Assembly: GCA_004431415.1 (NCBI GenBank)
Contig: QPMI01000551.1
Location: 170,959-234,958, forward strand
Direction of reading: 5' to 3'
Origin: Cyanophora paradoxa CCMP329
Taxonomy: Eukaryota > Plantae > Glaucophyta
DNA length: 64,000 nt
Part shown: piece by piece, positions 32,644 through 45,586 of the stretch
How positions within the stretch are numbered: position 1 is the first letter of the stretch
Layout: each line of letters opens with the position of its first letter
Notes under the pieces: generated by a model
What the model saw: the letters and a program-made list of their open reading frames with translations, nothing else
The model's database searches: none
Told to the model about the DNA's origin: nothing
Position numbers and translations under genes: made by a program

Positions 32644-33626
32644 ATGGGCAGCTGCACCTCATCCGGTCTGAGAGTGCGTTTTGCTTCGTCCGCTCCGCCA
32701 CCGCACCGCGCCCCTGGCCTCATTCGCTTACTCCGGCGCAGTCAAGCCGGAGCTTACGGGAGGTCAGAACCTGCTCGAAGAGTTCGGGCTCATGGGCGAA
32801 GTGCAGGCCATCCTCAAGGAGCGCATGGAGCGCGCCGCGGAGAGCATAGCGCCGGCCGTCAAGCTCGATCCTGCAGCCGAGAAGGCGCGCAGGAAGGCGA
32901 AGAAAGCCGCGAAGGGCTTCAAGGAGCACATGGAGGGGCTCCCGCCGGCGCCGCTCAGCGCCAAGGTGTTCGGCAAGGAGAACAGCGACCTGCAGCGGCT
33001 CCTGCACCCGTACATACAGGACAACAGGACGGACGTGCGGCAGCTCGACCACAGGAGCGTCGGGGCTGCGTTCGCGTTGGTCGCCGACAACACCATCAAG
33101 GAGCTGGTGGAGAAGCTGCTCGCCGAGAAGAAGCAGAAGAAGAAGGAGAAGCGGAAGCAAAAGAAGGCCGAGGGGGCCCAGGCGAGCGCGGCTGCAGGTG
33201 CCCCGCCCGCGGTGGCAGCGGCACCCGCCGCGCCTGCTGGGGAGGAAAAGAAGAAGGCGCGTGGCGCCGCCCGCCGACGCTGCAAGCTCCGCGCTCACGC
33301 GGCAGCGTGCAGAAGCGGAAGAACCCCGAGGACGGCGGCGCGGCGGCTGGGGACGGCACCGCGGTGGCGGAACCCGAGAAGAAAAAGAAGAAGAAGGAGA
33401 AAAAGGTCGGTGGCTTCGCACGCCGATGCGCAATTCGCCGCCCCCGCCGCCGCCGACTCCTCTGCAGGCGGAAGAGGCGGCTGCGGCGGCAGCGGCGGCG
33501 GCGGCCGCCGCCTCGACAGCATCCCCCGCAATTCGGATTCCCGCGCGATCCCCGCAGCGGCCCGCCGATGCCGCGGCCCCCGCATCCACGGGTACAACGA
33601 TCACGATCAAGGGCCTCAAGAAGTAG
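32644..33626 (+). CDS. MED19: Mediator subunit MED19/Rox3-like (copy 1)
   Basis: Spliced MGSCTSS|VKPELTGGQNLLEEFGL...FKEHMEGLP...ENSDLQRLL...VRQLDHRSVGAAFAL followed by Lys-rich tails (KKKKKKEKK). ELTG.xNL and the Lys-rich C-terminus are MED19 hallmarks. Confidence 0.6.
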
Positions 33627-34504
33627 AGCTCCTAGTCCTCCCTTAGTCCTCCCCCTCGTCCCCCCCCCCCCCCCCCCTCCCCCTTCCTCCGACCCTGCGC
33701 CACCCCCTCGCAACGCATCCCTTCCATCCAGTGGAAGGACGCCCTGGCCCCCCGCTTCCCGGTTTCCAACCCGACCCTCCTTCGCCCCCCCCCCCCCCCC
33801 CCACCCTCTTCCGCCCGTACCCGGCCCAATCCAGACTCTCTCGCCCGAAATCCTGGCGTCGCCCCTCTTCCGACGTCCCTCGTCCTCGCTCCGGACCGCC
33901 TCTCACGTTTCTTTCGCGGCGCTCTCTCCCTGCAGCCGCCCTCCCCAGTCCGTCCGTCTCTACGGCGCCAGCCCCGACCTTCTCCTGCCCCCCGCCGAGG
34001 GCTCGTCTCCTTGGCCTCGCGCTCACCCTCCCACCCCTTTTCCCAACTGGCAATCGAATGCTACAGTTCGATTCCAGCGCTCCACCGCCAACTTGCAGTC
34101 TTCATGCGCACAGTTGGCCATGGTGCATGCATGCGGGGTGCATCATGCATGCACCTTTAGACCGGCGCGGCCTATACGGCTTATAAGACCTAGCTGTAGC
34201 TATAGGCTGGCGCCGGCCGGGCGCCGGCGCGTCGAGGCGCCGGCATTTGCATCGGCCGGGCCGGGCAGCTGGCGCCGGCATGCGCATGCATATGGGGAAC
34301 GCTCCAGTTTCGAATTCTCCCCTCCTCTTAAACCCCCCTAGGCCTGTCGCGGCGCGTGCAGCAACTGCGGCCAAGACAGCCTGGCTAGATCGACAGGCCT
34401 GATAGTGCTGCAGCGGCAACCCGCATCGTCTTGCGACGCAGCTATTCGAAGCTCAGCAGGGATCGGGCTCGGTCGCGCGGCGCCTCCAGCGCCTCGGCGG
34501 CGCG

Positions 34505-37500
34505 ATGCCGCCGCGGCGGCAGCGTCCCGAGGACGATGCGCCCGCTCCTCCGCCGGCGGACGGCTCCGCGATGCTGGAGGCGCTCGAGGCCTACGAGCGC
34601 ACGCCTGGATTCAAGAAAGTGCCGAACACCACGTTCCTCGTCGACGCGTTCAAGCACCCGAACTCCGTCACAAAGCACTGGTTCCTGACCCATTTTCACA
34701 GGCGAGCTCCGCATCTCTCGCGCTTCCGCGCTCGGATTTGACGCACGTACGCGCAGCGATCACTACGGCGGCATCACGCGGAGCTGGGCAGGCACTGTCG
34801 TGTGTACAGAGGTTCGCTCATCCTCCGCACGCCCTCTGACCTGGCCGGCCTCACGCGCGGGCCGGGGCGAATCAGATCACCGCGGCGCTCGTGGCATTCA
34901 CGTTCCGGATTCCGCTCTCGGCGATGGTGCGGCTGCAGCTGAACGTGCCTGTGCGCATCGAGGGCGTCGAGGTCAGCGCAGTTGCCGTCGCCGCCCGGCG
35001 CGCTGCATTCGAACGTCCCGGCTGCAGGTCACCGCGCTTGAGGCGAACCACTGCCCCGGCGCCGCCCTCTTTCTCTTCCGCGTCCCGATTCCCGGCTCGC
35101 CTGACGCGTACCGCACCTACCTCCACACCGTGCCCTCCCTCGCCGCCCGGGCCCTTCCGCTTTTAAATTTCGCGCAGGGCGATATGCGGTACTGTCCGGC
35201 GATGAGGGCGTACCCCGCCCTCGCCAACGCTCCGATCGACATACTCTGTGCTTGACCCGCTAAGCTTCCCTGCTGCACCTCCCGCTGACGGCCGTCGCGT
35301 GGGCACGCAGATCTAGACACCACGTGTGCGTCTGGCCCTTCGGCCTGTCCCCCCGCCCTTCCCTGTCTAACCGCGAAGCAGACTGCGCCCCCAAGCACGT
35401 ATTCCCGACCCAGGCGAGTCCCCTGTACCCCGACCTCCGCGCCGCCCCTCTGTACCCCTCAAGCGGCCCGCAGGACGCTATGATCGATTTCGTCGTCGAC
35501 GTCGTCCGCAAGAAGGTGTACCCCTGTCCCCGCACGCCCTTGCGAAAGCGGCCGGCGCTCAACGCCCTTCGCCGCAGATGAACTCTCCGCGCGTGCTCTT
35601 CGTCGTGGTACCCTGGGATGGGGTGCGGGGGGGGGGGGACCGCTTGCCTGACGGGGGTACAGGGGACCTACCAAATCGGCAAGGAGCGCGTCTTCGTTCG
35701 TCTGGCGCAGCAGACGGGTTTCAAGGTCTGCGTCGAGCCCAGGAAGCGCGTACCCCCCTCCCCGCCGCCCGTTCGCGTACCCCTCCGCCCCCGAGCCTCG
35801 CGCGGCAGGCTGGAGCTGCTCAGGCTGTGCCAGTACCCCATGGACCTCTTCACGACCGACCCCGAGCACCCTGCGGCGCGCATCCGCTGCATCCCGCTGT
35901 GGCACTGCAACCGCCAGCGTCTGTATCCCCGCTCGCCCTGCACCTGTACCCCCCGGCTCTCATTTGTACCCCGCAGGCCTGCGCGAGCTCAAGGCGAGCG
36001 TGAAGCACCGCTTCGATTCGATCGTCGGTCCGCCCGCCCCCCCCTCCCCTGCACCGCGCCGTACCCCCCGACGCGCGAATCGCGATACCCCGCGCCGCAG
36101 CCTTCCGCCCGACGGGCTGGTCCTTCAGCAACAACCAGACGGTGTCGCGCCAGCAGGCCGGCCCCGGGGTAGAGATCTACGGCGTCCCGTACAGGCGCGC
36201 GCGCCGTACCCCCGGCCCGCGGCGCCCCGCCGAGCGGTCTTCGGCCTTCCGCAGCGAGCACAGCAGCTTTGACGAGCTGCGCGAGTTCGTCTCGTTCCTC
36301 CTGCCGGGCCGCCTCGTCCCGACCGTCAACGCCTCCTCCCCGGGCGCCGTCCGCGTGCGCTCGGATCAGATATGAGCTCAGACGCGACCTGATCTCAAGC
36401 GCTTTCGCCGCAGGCGATGCTGAGCCACTTCCGCGGGCTCGTGCGGGGCGGGGACGGGCCCATCTCCTTCGAGCCCCACCAGGTACACTTACCTCCTCGT
36501 CTGTGGCTCCGCTGTGCTCACGGCCGGCTCTCGGCAGGGCTGGGGCAGGCGTGCGGACAAAAACAAGAAGCCCGGCGACGCGCCCGCGGGCAGGGGCGGC
36601 CGCGGGGCCTCTGGCGGGCGCGGGCGGCCCCCCGATGACGTCGACGCCGGCCCGCCCGGCCCGCCCCCCGACCCGAAGCGGGGTACCCTCCTCTCCTTCT
36701 TCTCGCGGGCCCGCCCCGCCCCCGCCTCTTCGTCCTCCTCTTCGCCCACCGCCGCCTCCGCGCCCCGGGCTGTCCCCTCCCCCTCCTCCTCCTCCTCGTC
36801 CTCCGCGCCGCCGGCCGGGGCCGGAGCCTCGGCCTCGTCCCGGCTCGCCGGCATCTGGAGGGCGTTCCTGGGCCCCCGGCCGCCCGCCAGCGGCCCCGGG
36901 AGGCCCGAAAGGCCCGGGAGGGTACCGCGCCCGTCATCGACCTCGATGCGGCCGTCGTGGACCTGGAGGGGGACGACGGCGAGGGGGTACAGGAGCCGGA
37001 GCCGGAGGGGACGAGGGGGGATGGAGGTGGACGGGGGGAGGAATCGGAGGAGGGGTTCGACCGGGAGGCCTTCATCGCCTCTCAGTTCCAGGTACCCCCC
37101 GTGCACCGAAGATCCCGTACCCCTCCCGCTGAGCGCGCGCCCTCGAAGGTCCGCGAGCTGGCTCCCGATCCTGAGGAGGAGGGGGAGGAGGAGGAGGGGG
37201 GGAGGAGGAGGGGAGGCGGGCGGCTCTGGGACGAGGAGTGGGAGGGGCCGAGGCCGAAGGAAACGCGGCGGCGGCGGCCGAGGGCGGAGGGGGCGAGTCG
37301 CCGCCTCGGACGGGTGTGGGCAGGCGCCGCCCTCGCCCCCGCGGCCCGGCCCCTCGCCGCCGCCTCCGCCGCCCCGCGCCGGCCCCGCCGCCCCCGCCGC
37401 TGTCATCGACCTGACGGCCTCCCGGGGCCCCGCCCCCGCCCGGCGCCCGCGGGCGGAAGCGGCCGGCAGCCATGGCGGACCCGCCTCCGCGGGCCGCGGG

Positions 37501-37598
37501 GATATCGATGCGGATGCGGAGCGGGAGCGGGGGGGGCCGGGGCGCCCCGGCAGCGGGCCATCACCTCGTTCTTCACCCCGGGGCCCTTCGCGCCTTAG
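34505..37598 (+). CDS. SNM1: DNA cross-link repair nuclease SNM1/PSO2 (metallo-beta-lactamase/beta-CASP) (copy 1)
   Basis: Spliced motifs FLVDAF, WFLTHFH|SDHYGG (HxHxDH), [13 protein letters not shown]|[33 protein letters not shown]|[16 protein letters not shown] low-complexity tail ends in QRAITSFF. Confidence 0.92.
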
Positions 37599-37915
37599 CC
37601 GCCGGGCCGAACCGTACCGCAGCCGCTTCCGAGCCTAAATTGTTACGGGCCTATAGCTAATACCTGTCCCAGCAATGATCTATAGTGCTAGCCCGTGTCC
37701 CAGGCGCACCGGTAGGCAGAACGCAAGCAGGCAGCTGCAGTGATGATAGTATTAGCGTGTACCCAGACTGAATTTATTTCGAACCAGCCCAACAACGGGT
37801 ACGGCATAATTCTGACCATATGACCTAAGAAACGAATAATATTCAATATTATCACGACGGTTAAATTAAAGGCGGGGAAGAATATCGACAAGGTAATTAT
37901 ATATTACGACTATAA

Positions 37916-39923
37916 TTACGACTGGTTAAGGCCTCGAGTGGCGACAAGAGAAAGGAGAGGGCGAAGGACAGGAAGCCTGGACTCAGATTTTACAGAACGC
38001 AGCCGAAACTCTGGCGCCTGGCCAGGCGTCCTGCAACAACTGCTTGACGATCCTGTCGTAGCCTTCTTCCTGAGAGTAGAGACGAACATGAAGTACCGGG
38101 GACGTGAATCTGTTGGCGCACGCGCCCAGTTGCTGCTCACGACATTCGCATGAGCGGCGACACTTCTGGAAATATGAATAGCACGGTTGCCGCATTTATG
38201 CCGCACCTGCAGCGGTCCGATATGTGCGACGGAGCGAAGGTTGCAGCTCACAGATAGAAACTTGAGCTCTGCGCAGAGATGAATGGCATCCGCTTCCGAC
38301 GCGGCGAGAGGCCGCCTGACGTGGAGAGCCAATCCCCGAAGCACATGCTTGCATGCGATGAGGAGACTCGAAGCAGCTTCTGCTTCCACGTGCACGCTGC
38401 TGTCTGCGCAAAACAGTCGGTCCAAGGTTCAGGATCGGGCGTAGAGCGAGCGGTGAGCTCGGGGGCGCACTTCGAGGCGTGCCGGTCGAGTCGCCAAGAT
38501 CGAGAGATAGCGAAGATAGCTTCGGGCACCCGGCGATGGCCTTCTCGAGCGCTTGGAAGCGTTCGACGGTGCACGCGTCTTTTTCCACTCGCACGTTCAC
38601 GGTTCGTAAGCTGGGCGAACGGAAAGCAGCGAGGTCGGAAGGCTGCAGTTCCGGGCGGCTCAGCTGCGAAGCGCGATGAGTGGACGCGAGAGGGAACGTT
38701 TGAAAGGGCTCACATCCATATCAATCTCTTCGAGAAGAGGGAAACGCGCGATGGCCTGTAGAGCCGCGCTGTTGACGGAAAAGAAACTCCTGAGACGATA
38801 CAGTTCACAGCCGACGTGAGCAGCAACAGGTGCGAGAGTTGATGGCGGTGGAGAGCACTCACCGAGTACCTTCGGGACTCAAGGCAAACAACAGCGATCG
38901 AAGGGTACTGCAAGCCGAGCCGTCGCGATCGGCAAGGGAAGAAAGCGCGCTACTGATCTCAGAAGGTTCTGCATGTTCAATGAAAGAGTGCCAGCAGATA
39001 ACCACGTCGCGCAAAGCGGACAGCGGCGCGAGGGCCGCAATCGCCTCGCATTCGTCAGGCTGGAAGTGGATTGACTGAAGGTTTGGGAGGCTGCGGGCGA
39101 TGGCCGCTGCTGCTGCGCCGCCTACGGGAAACGCATTCGGCATGAACTCGAGGGAACGAACGCTGCACAAAGGCTCCAGGGACGCTTGCAGGTCCCCGGG
39201 AGTCGCCTTTTGGGCGAGTCCAGCGCCGCGAAGGAAGATAACGCGGCCCTTTTCCCAATTCGGCGGCGGCTCCAGGCGAATGGCAAGCTTCTCCAGGAAA
39301 CTACGCGCCCCACGCTGCGGCCGAAGGGCTGCAAGCGTGCCGAGGATGAAAGCATGCACTATGCTAGCGCTGTTCAGGGTGCTGATATCTGTTGCTACGA
39401 AGCACAAGTCGACTTCCGTCAGGCTGCGCATGCAGCTGCTGTCCTTGTTGCAGGCCGTGAGCACGGCGCAGGCCGATGCGACGAGACTGTAGTTGCGCAA
39501 GCTGTCCGCGCCCATTCTGGCGGCCAACCGCAAACACAGGCGGGCAGCGCTAGCTGCAGCTGCAGGGAGCTTGATCTTCCCGCTCCGGAGCAGCGACGCC
39601 AGCTGCTCGAAGTCCGCGGGGTCATTCGACCGCAGCTCGACTTCCTCCCACGCTTTGCTCTCGATCACGCTCCTCCAACGCCTGCGCGGCGGCGCGCGCG
39701 TGAGTCGGCGCGGGCCATGATCAACGCGCGCATCGGCGAGAGGCCCGGCGACGAACCTGCATACTCCTCGAACCGGCCAGGCGGACGCCAGCGATAACGA
39801 CTGCAAAACGTGGCCGAGGACGCCGTCGGGAAGGTCGGAGATGGAACGCAGCGCCGCGCTCGTCCCGACGTCGTTCGCTGGCGCATCTGCCCGTGCTCGT
39901 TTCGCTACACGTTCCCGCGCCAT
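37916..39923 (-). CDS. F-box protein with LRR-like C-terminus (copy 1)
   Basis: ISDLPDGVLGHVLQSLSLASAWPVRGVCR|RWRSVIE is an F-box. It is followed by LRR-like segments (LPNLQSIHF, LRDVVI, CPKLSSLSLDL). The gene has few introns and lower GC. Confidence 0.8.
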
Positions 39924-40033
39924 CGTTCGCGTTCGATTCCCGCGCTCTGGCTGGTTGTATTTGCTACTGTACCCTCGAATCCTCCGTTGCAACTAGCCGT
40001 CTTGAAAATTCGATCGGCACTCAGCGGGCCCGC

Positions 40034-42058
40034 ATGGCGTCGCTGGAGTCCCCTTGAGCTGTGCTTGAGCCGCGCCGGCTTGAGCTGTGCGCCCGCTGCG
40101 CACTTGAACGCGACCCGCGGCCGCACCCACGCCTCTGCGCAAGCGGCAGCGCAGAGAGCAGCTGGAGTTCGGGATACGCAGGAAGCTTGAGCTGGAGGGC
40201 CGCATAAGCGTCGCCCGCGTCGACACGCTCGGCCAGGTCCGTGCTGCTAGCCGCTGAAGTCACACGCCGCTGAGTGTGCAGCAGCTGATGCGCTCACTGG
40301 AGGAGATGTCTGGTATCGCCAAAGCTCGCAACGAGAGCATGCGCGGCAAGCTGGACGACATAACGAACTCGCTGCAGGCGGTGCGCCACGCTTCGAGCAC
40401 AACCGCAGGCCGCTACCTGCCCCGCATCACGCCTGCTGCGCGCAGATGTCGAAGGATACGCAGCTGAAGCTTCAAAGATCCTCCGTGGAGCACTTCAAGG
40501 CTCGCACCCGCCGGCAAAGCTGCCAATCACTCAATTGTTGCTGACAGGCGGACCACGCAGGCGGACTACTTCGCGCGGATGAAGAGCTGGTGGCCGCAGT
40601 GGCGCGAGGAGGTCGAGCGACACAAGGCCCGCGCCCGCCGCGGCCTCCACGCTATCGTAGCTAAGAGAAGGGGGCGCAGATCCGACAGGTGCACGAGTAC
40701 GAGACGGAGGCGGCGCGGGCAGAAGCGCGGCGGCGACTGGCGAGCGTCACTTTCGAGAAGGAACGCGTCCTGGCCGAGACCATCGCGAAGCGGGTGCCCG
40801 GCCCCGCCCCAGCGTATCTTTTGGCCGCCGCCAACGCCCGCCGCAGAAGCAGCAGCTCCAGGCGGTGCAGGAGGCGGAGCGGCGAGAAGCCATCGCGCGC
40901 GAGGTCGAGCGCAGGCGGCTCGACGAGGATGGTTCGTCAGCGGATCCTCTCCCCTCGCCCCGCCCGCCCCGCCGATGCCGGCGCAGCGAAGGAGATGGAG
41001 CGGGCGCTGGGGGACGCGGCGCGGGAAGAGATGCGCGCCGCGGCGGAGAAGGCGCTCGAGGAGGCCCACGAGCACCACCGCGAGCGCATGGGTTCGAATC
41101 CCCGCGGGCCCCTCCCGCGAGGCCTGACGCGCGCCCCGCCGCGGCGGCAGGCCGGATACAGGAGGACCTGAAGGCGCTGATGGGGCGGACGCGCGACGAG
41201 CACGAGCGGCGGGGCGAGGCGGACGCGGCCGCGCGGTGGCGGCAGGCGGAGCTCCTGCAGACGGCGGAGGCCGTCCTCCGGGTTCGAAGCCCCGCGGGGC
41301 CGCTTCCGCCGGGGCCGACGGGGGCGGGCGGGCGGCAGGAGGCGGACGCGGCGGTGGCGCGGCAGGCGGCGTCGCCGTCGGCGCGGGACTCGCTGGCGCG
41401 GGACCTCGCCGCCGCCCGCGCCGAGCTCGGCGACTCGTACAGGGCCGACGAGCCGTCCGTCGTGCGCGCCGGCGCCCCTCAGATGGGCCCTCCCGCGTGC
41501 CCACGGCCCCGCAGATGGACCCCGACGAGAGCGCGGCGGCCGGCGGGGCGGGCGTGGGCGGCGTGGGCTCGCCGGGCGTGCCGGGCCCGAGCCTGCAGAC
41601 GGCGCGGGCGGCGGAGGAGCGGCGCAGGGCCGGCGACCTCGTCGACGCCGAGCGCGACCGGGTGCGCGGTTCGGCCGGGCGGCGGGCGCGCCGCCGACGG
41701 GCCGGGGGGGGGGCAGGTGGAGGGCGCGATCGCGGCGAAGCGGGCGGAGCTGCTGCAGAAGGAGCGGGAGCACCAGGCGCTGCTGAAGCGGGTGCCGGCG
41801 CCCGGCCCCCGCGCCCCCGACGGGCCGGCGCCTGAGCGGGGGCCCGCGCCGGGGCCGGCAGCTGCGGGAGAGCGAGGAGCGGGAGGCGAAAGTGCGGCCG
41901 GAGCTGAAGGAGCGGGCGGAGCGCGAGGCGCGGATCCGGCAGGAGGCGCGCCGCGGGCCCTTTCGCCGCGCCCGCCGCCTCTGAGCGCGCAGCAGATGGA
42001 GGCGCGGCGGGGTGCGCCGGGGAGCCCCGGGGCCAGCAGGTGCCGTACCCCGGCAGCT
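40034..42058 (+). pseudogene. Coiled-coil protein gene, 3'-truncated at the duplication junction (copy 1)
   Basis: It has the same exons as 51116-53136 but is cut at 42056-42058, losing the exons present at 53139-53888. Confidence 0.7.
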
Positions 42059-42199
42059 ACATGCTACAGGCTACAGTTAAAACCTGGGGGCCGGGAGCGC
42101 GGCCCCGGGTCCCCTGAAAGCGGGGCCCACAAGTCTCAACGATGGAAAAAGAGCTCAAGCTGGAAAGAAGAAGAAGAAGAAGCAGAGGGGCAGCCGCGC

Positions 42200-43555
42200 C
42201 TAGGTGGAGACAGAGGCGTTCATGGTGCCCACGCGGCGGAAGAATGAATCCTTTACGATGGGGCGCCGCGCGTGCGGCGAGGGCTTCATCTGAGGTCAGG
42301 TGAGCCGTCTGAGGTCGGATGCAAGGGGCGGGGAGGCCGCGAGGCGGGGGCGCACCTGGGCGGAGACGGAGGGCGCGTCCAGGCCCCACCCGATCGCCGA
42401 GCTCGCGAGCATGTGGTGCCCCGACGAGTACGACGCCAGCGGGTCCTGGGGGAGGGGGAGGCTTAGAGGGGGGTACAGGCGCAGCAAAGGGAGGGGTACG
42501 CGGCACCTTCTTCGGGGAGGTGTTGGGCGAGGCGTTGTTCATGTGGCGGCAGAAGAAGACTGCGGCGCGGGGGCAGGGTGAGGCGAGGCGAGGCGAGGCG
42601 CGGGGCGGGGCGCGGGGCGGGCGCCCGGGGCGCGCACCGTCGCGAGAGCACTTGGTACAGTAGTCGCGCTTGTTGCGGATCGTGTCCAGGATGTCGTACG
42701 TGTACGTCGGCTCACGGGCCTGCCGGCGGGGGGCGCGTGAGGCGCGGCGCGCGCTCGTCCAAGGGTAGGGCGCACGGGCTCAAGCTCCGAGGGGTCCCAC
42801 TCGTCCTGTCCCATCGACTTCCCGACGCGGGCCTCCTTGCGCAGGAGCTCGCGCAGCTGCTCCGCCGAGATCGTCATCGTGTACTCGTCCCGCCGCGGGC
42901 TCGTGCTCGTGAGGAACCCCAGCTTCTTCTCCCCGTTCGGCTTGAAGCGATCCACGTACGGCTCGCCCTGCGCGGCTGCGTCAGCCGCGGCGCGAGGCGG
43001 CGGCCGGCGGCGAGGCGGCTCGCATTGAAGAGGACGTTGTAGTTCTCGGCGAACAGGCCGTCCAGCGTCTTGCCCTCTTTGGGCGCGGTGACCTTGAACT
43101 GCTTGCCCTTGAAGCGCTCGTCTATTTTCTGCGAGGGAGGTCAACACGCGGGCAGCCGCGCGAGGCTAAATGCGGGCGCGCGGCGCCCCAAGCTATTTCG
43201 GTGCCATTGCTCTCCGAAGCTGCAGAGCTCAAGCTATTCGTCATACAGACGCTGTTCTTCAAGGGGAACTTTTCTCGCTCAAAACCCCGAACGCCGTGAC
43301 GAGCAAGTTTGGCGAGGAGGGTCGGCGAGCGACAGGCGCACCTCGCGCTGGCCGTAAGGATCGCCTATCGTCGTGTAAGTTGGGGCAGAGAACAGCCCTA
43401 GTGCGTGGGCCTGCGGACGCCGCATGCGGTCAGACCGTACCGGCAAGGGCCGGCGACCCTTAAAACGGTCTAGAGGAGCCACTGCGCCTGCAAGGTGCCA
43501 AAAACGCGGCACGCACTCTCCGCGCTTCGTCCTCGGTCTGGACCTTGATCGGCAT
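42200..43555 (-). CDS. CFAP96/UPF0602-like flagellar protein (copy 2)
   Basis: Duplicate of 31124-32478; the frame is intact through RKEARVGKSMGQDEW. Confidence 0.55.
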
Positions 43556-43720
43556 GGCTTGTTCTGCCTAGGACGCCAACCTACTGTTGTTCTCAGGTTC
43601 CTGTTTCGGTGCTGCTGGTTGTCGCTTTGGGCGCGTGCTTTCTCAGTTACTGTACCCGGAAGAGAGACGGGTGTACCCAGTCGGCGCTGATGGCCTCCTC
43701 TGCGCTGTCGCTGGCCGCGG

Positions 43721-44703
43721 ATGGGCAGCTGCACCTCATCCGGTCTGAGAGTGCGTTTTGCTTCGTCCGCTCCGCCACCGCACCGCGCCCCTGGCCTCAT
43801 TCGCTTACTCCGGCGCAGTCAAGCCGGAGCTTACGGGAGGTCAGAACCTGCTCGAAGAGTTCGGGCTCATGGGCGAAGTGCAGGCCATCCTCAAGGAGCG
43901 CATGGAGCGCGCCGCGGAGAGCATAGCGCCGGCCGTCAAGCTCGATCCTGCAGCCGAGAAGGCGCGCAGGAAGGCGAAGAAAGCCGCGAAGGGCTTCAAG
44001 GAGCACATGGAGGGGCTCCCGCCGGCGCCGCTCAGCGCCAAGGTGTTCGGCAAGGAGAACAGCGACCTGCAGCGGCTCCTGCACCCGTACATACAGGACA
44101 ACAGGACGGACGTGCGGCAGCTCGACCACAGGAGCGTCGGGGCTGCGTTCGCGTTGGTCGCCGACAACACCATCAAGGAGCTGGTGGAGAAGCTGCTCGC
44201 CGAGAAGAAGCAGAAGAAGAAGGAGAAGCGGAAGCAAAAGAAGGCCGAGGGGGCCCAGGCGAGCGCGGCTGCAGGTGCCCCGCCCGCGGTGGCAGCGGCA
44301 CCCGCCGCGCCTGCTGGGGAGGAAAAGAAGAAGGCGCGTGGCGCCGCCCGCCGACGCTGCAAGCTCCGCGCTCACGCGGCAGCGTGCAGAAGCGGAAGAA
44401 CCCCGAGGACGGCGGCGCGGCGGCTGGGGACGGCACCGCGGTGGCGGAACCCGAGAAGAAAAAGAAGAAGAAGGAGAAAAAGGTCGGTGGCTTCGCACGC
44501 CGATGCGCAATTCGCCGCCCCCGCCGCCGCCGACTCCTCTGCAGGCGGAAGAGGCGGCTGCGGCGGCAGCGGCGGCGGCGGCCGCCGCCTCGACAGCATC
44601 CCCCGCAATTCGGATTCCCGCGCGATCCCCGCAGCGGCCCGCCGATGCCGCGGCCCCCGCATCCACGGGTACAACGATCACGATCAAGGGCCTCAAGAAG
44701 TAG
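43721..44703 (+). CDS. MED19: MED19/Rox3-like (copy 2)
   Basis: Duplicate of 32644-33626. Confidence 0.6.
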
Positions 44704-45586
44704 AGCTCCTAGTCCTCCCTTAGTCCTCCCCCTCGTCCCCCCCCCCCCCCCCCCCTCCCCCCTTCCTCCGACCCTGCGCCACCCCTCGCAACGCATCCCT
44801 TCCATCCAGTGGAAGGACGCCCTGGCCCCCCCGCTTCCCGGTTTCCAACCCGACCCTCCTTCGCCCCCCCCCCCCCCCCCCACCCTCTTCCGCCCGTACC
44901 CGGCCCAATCCAGACTCTCTCGCCCGAAATCCTGGCGTCGCCCCTCTTCCGACGTCCCTCGTCCTCGCTCCGGACCGCCTCTCACGTTTCTTTCGCGGCG
45001 CTCTCTCCCTGCAGCCGCCCTCCCCAGTCCGTCCGTCTCTACGGCGCCAGCCCCGACCTTCTCCTGCCCCCCGCCGAGGGCTCGTCTCCTTGGCCTCGCG
45101 CTCACCCTCCCACCCCTTTTCCCAACTGGCAATCGAATGCTACAGTTCGATTCCAGCGCTCCACCGCCAACTTGCAGTCTTCATGCGCACAGTTGGCCAT
45201 GGTGCATGCATGCGGGGTGCATCATGCATGCACCTTTAGACCGGCGCGGCCTATACGGCTTATAAGACCTAGCTGTAGCTATAGGCTGGCGCCGGCCGGG
45301 CGCCGGCGCGTCGAGGCGCCGGCATTTGCATCGGCCGGGCCGGGCAGCTGGCGCCGGCATGCGCATGCATATGGGGGAACGCTCCAGTTTCGAATTCTCC
45401 CCCTCCTCTTAAACCCCCCCTAGGCCTGTCGCGGCGCGTGCAGCAACTGCGGCCAAGACAGCCTGGCTAGATCGACAGGCCTGATAGTGCTGCAGCGGCA
45501 ACCCGCATCGTCTTGCGACGCAGCTATTCGAAGCTCAGCAGGGATCGGGCTCGGTCGCGCGGCGCCTCCAGCGCCTCGGCGGCGCG

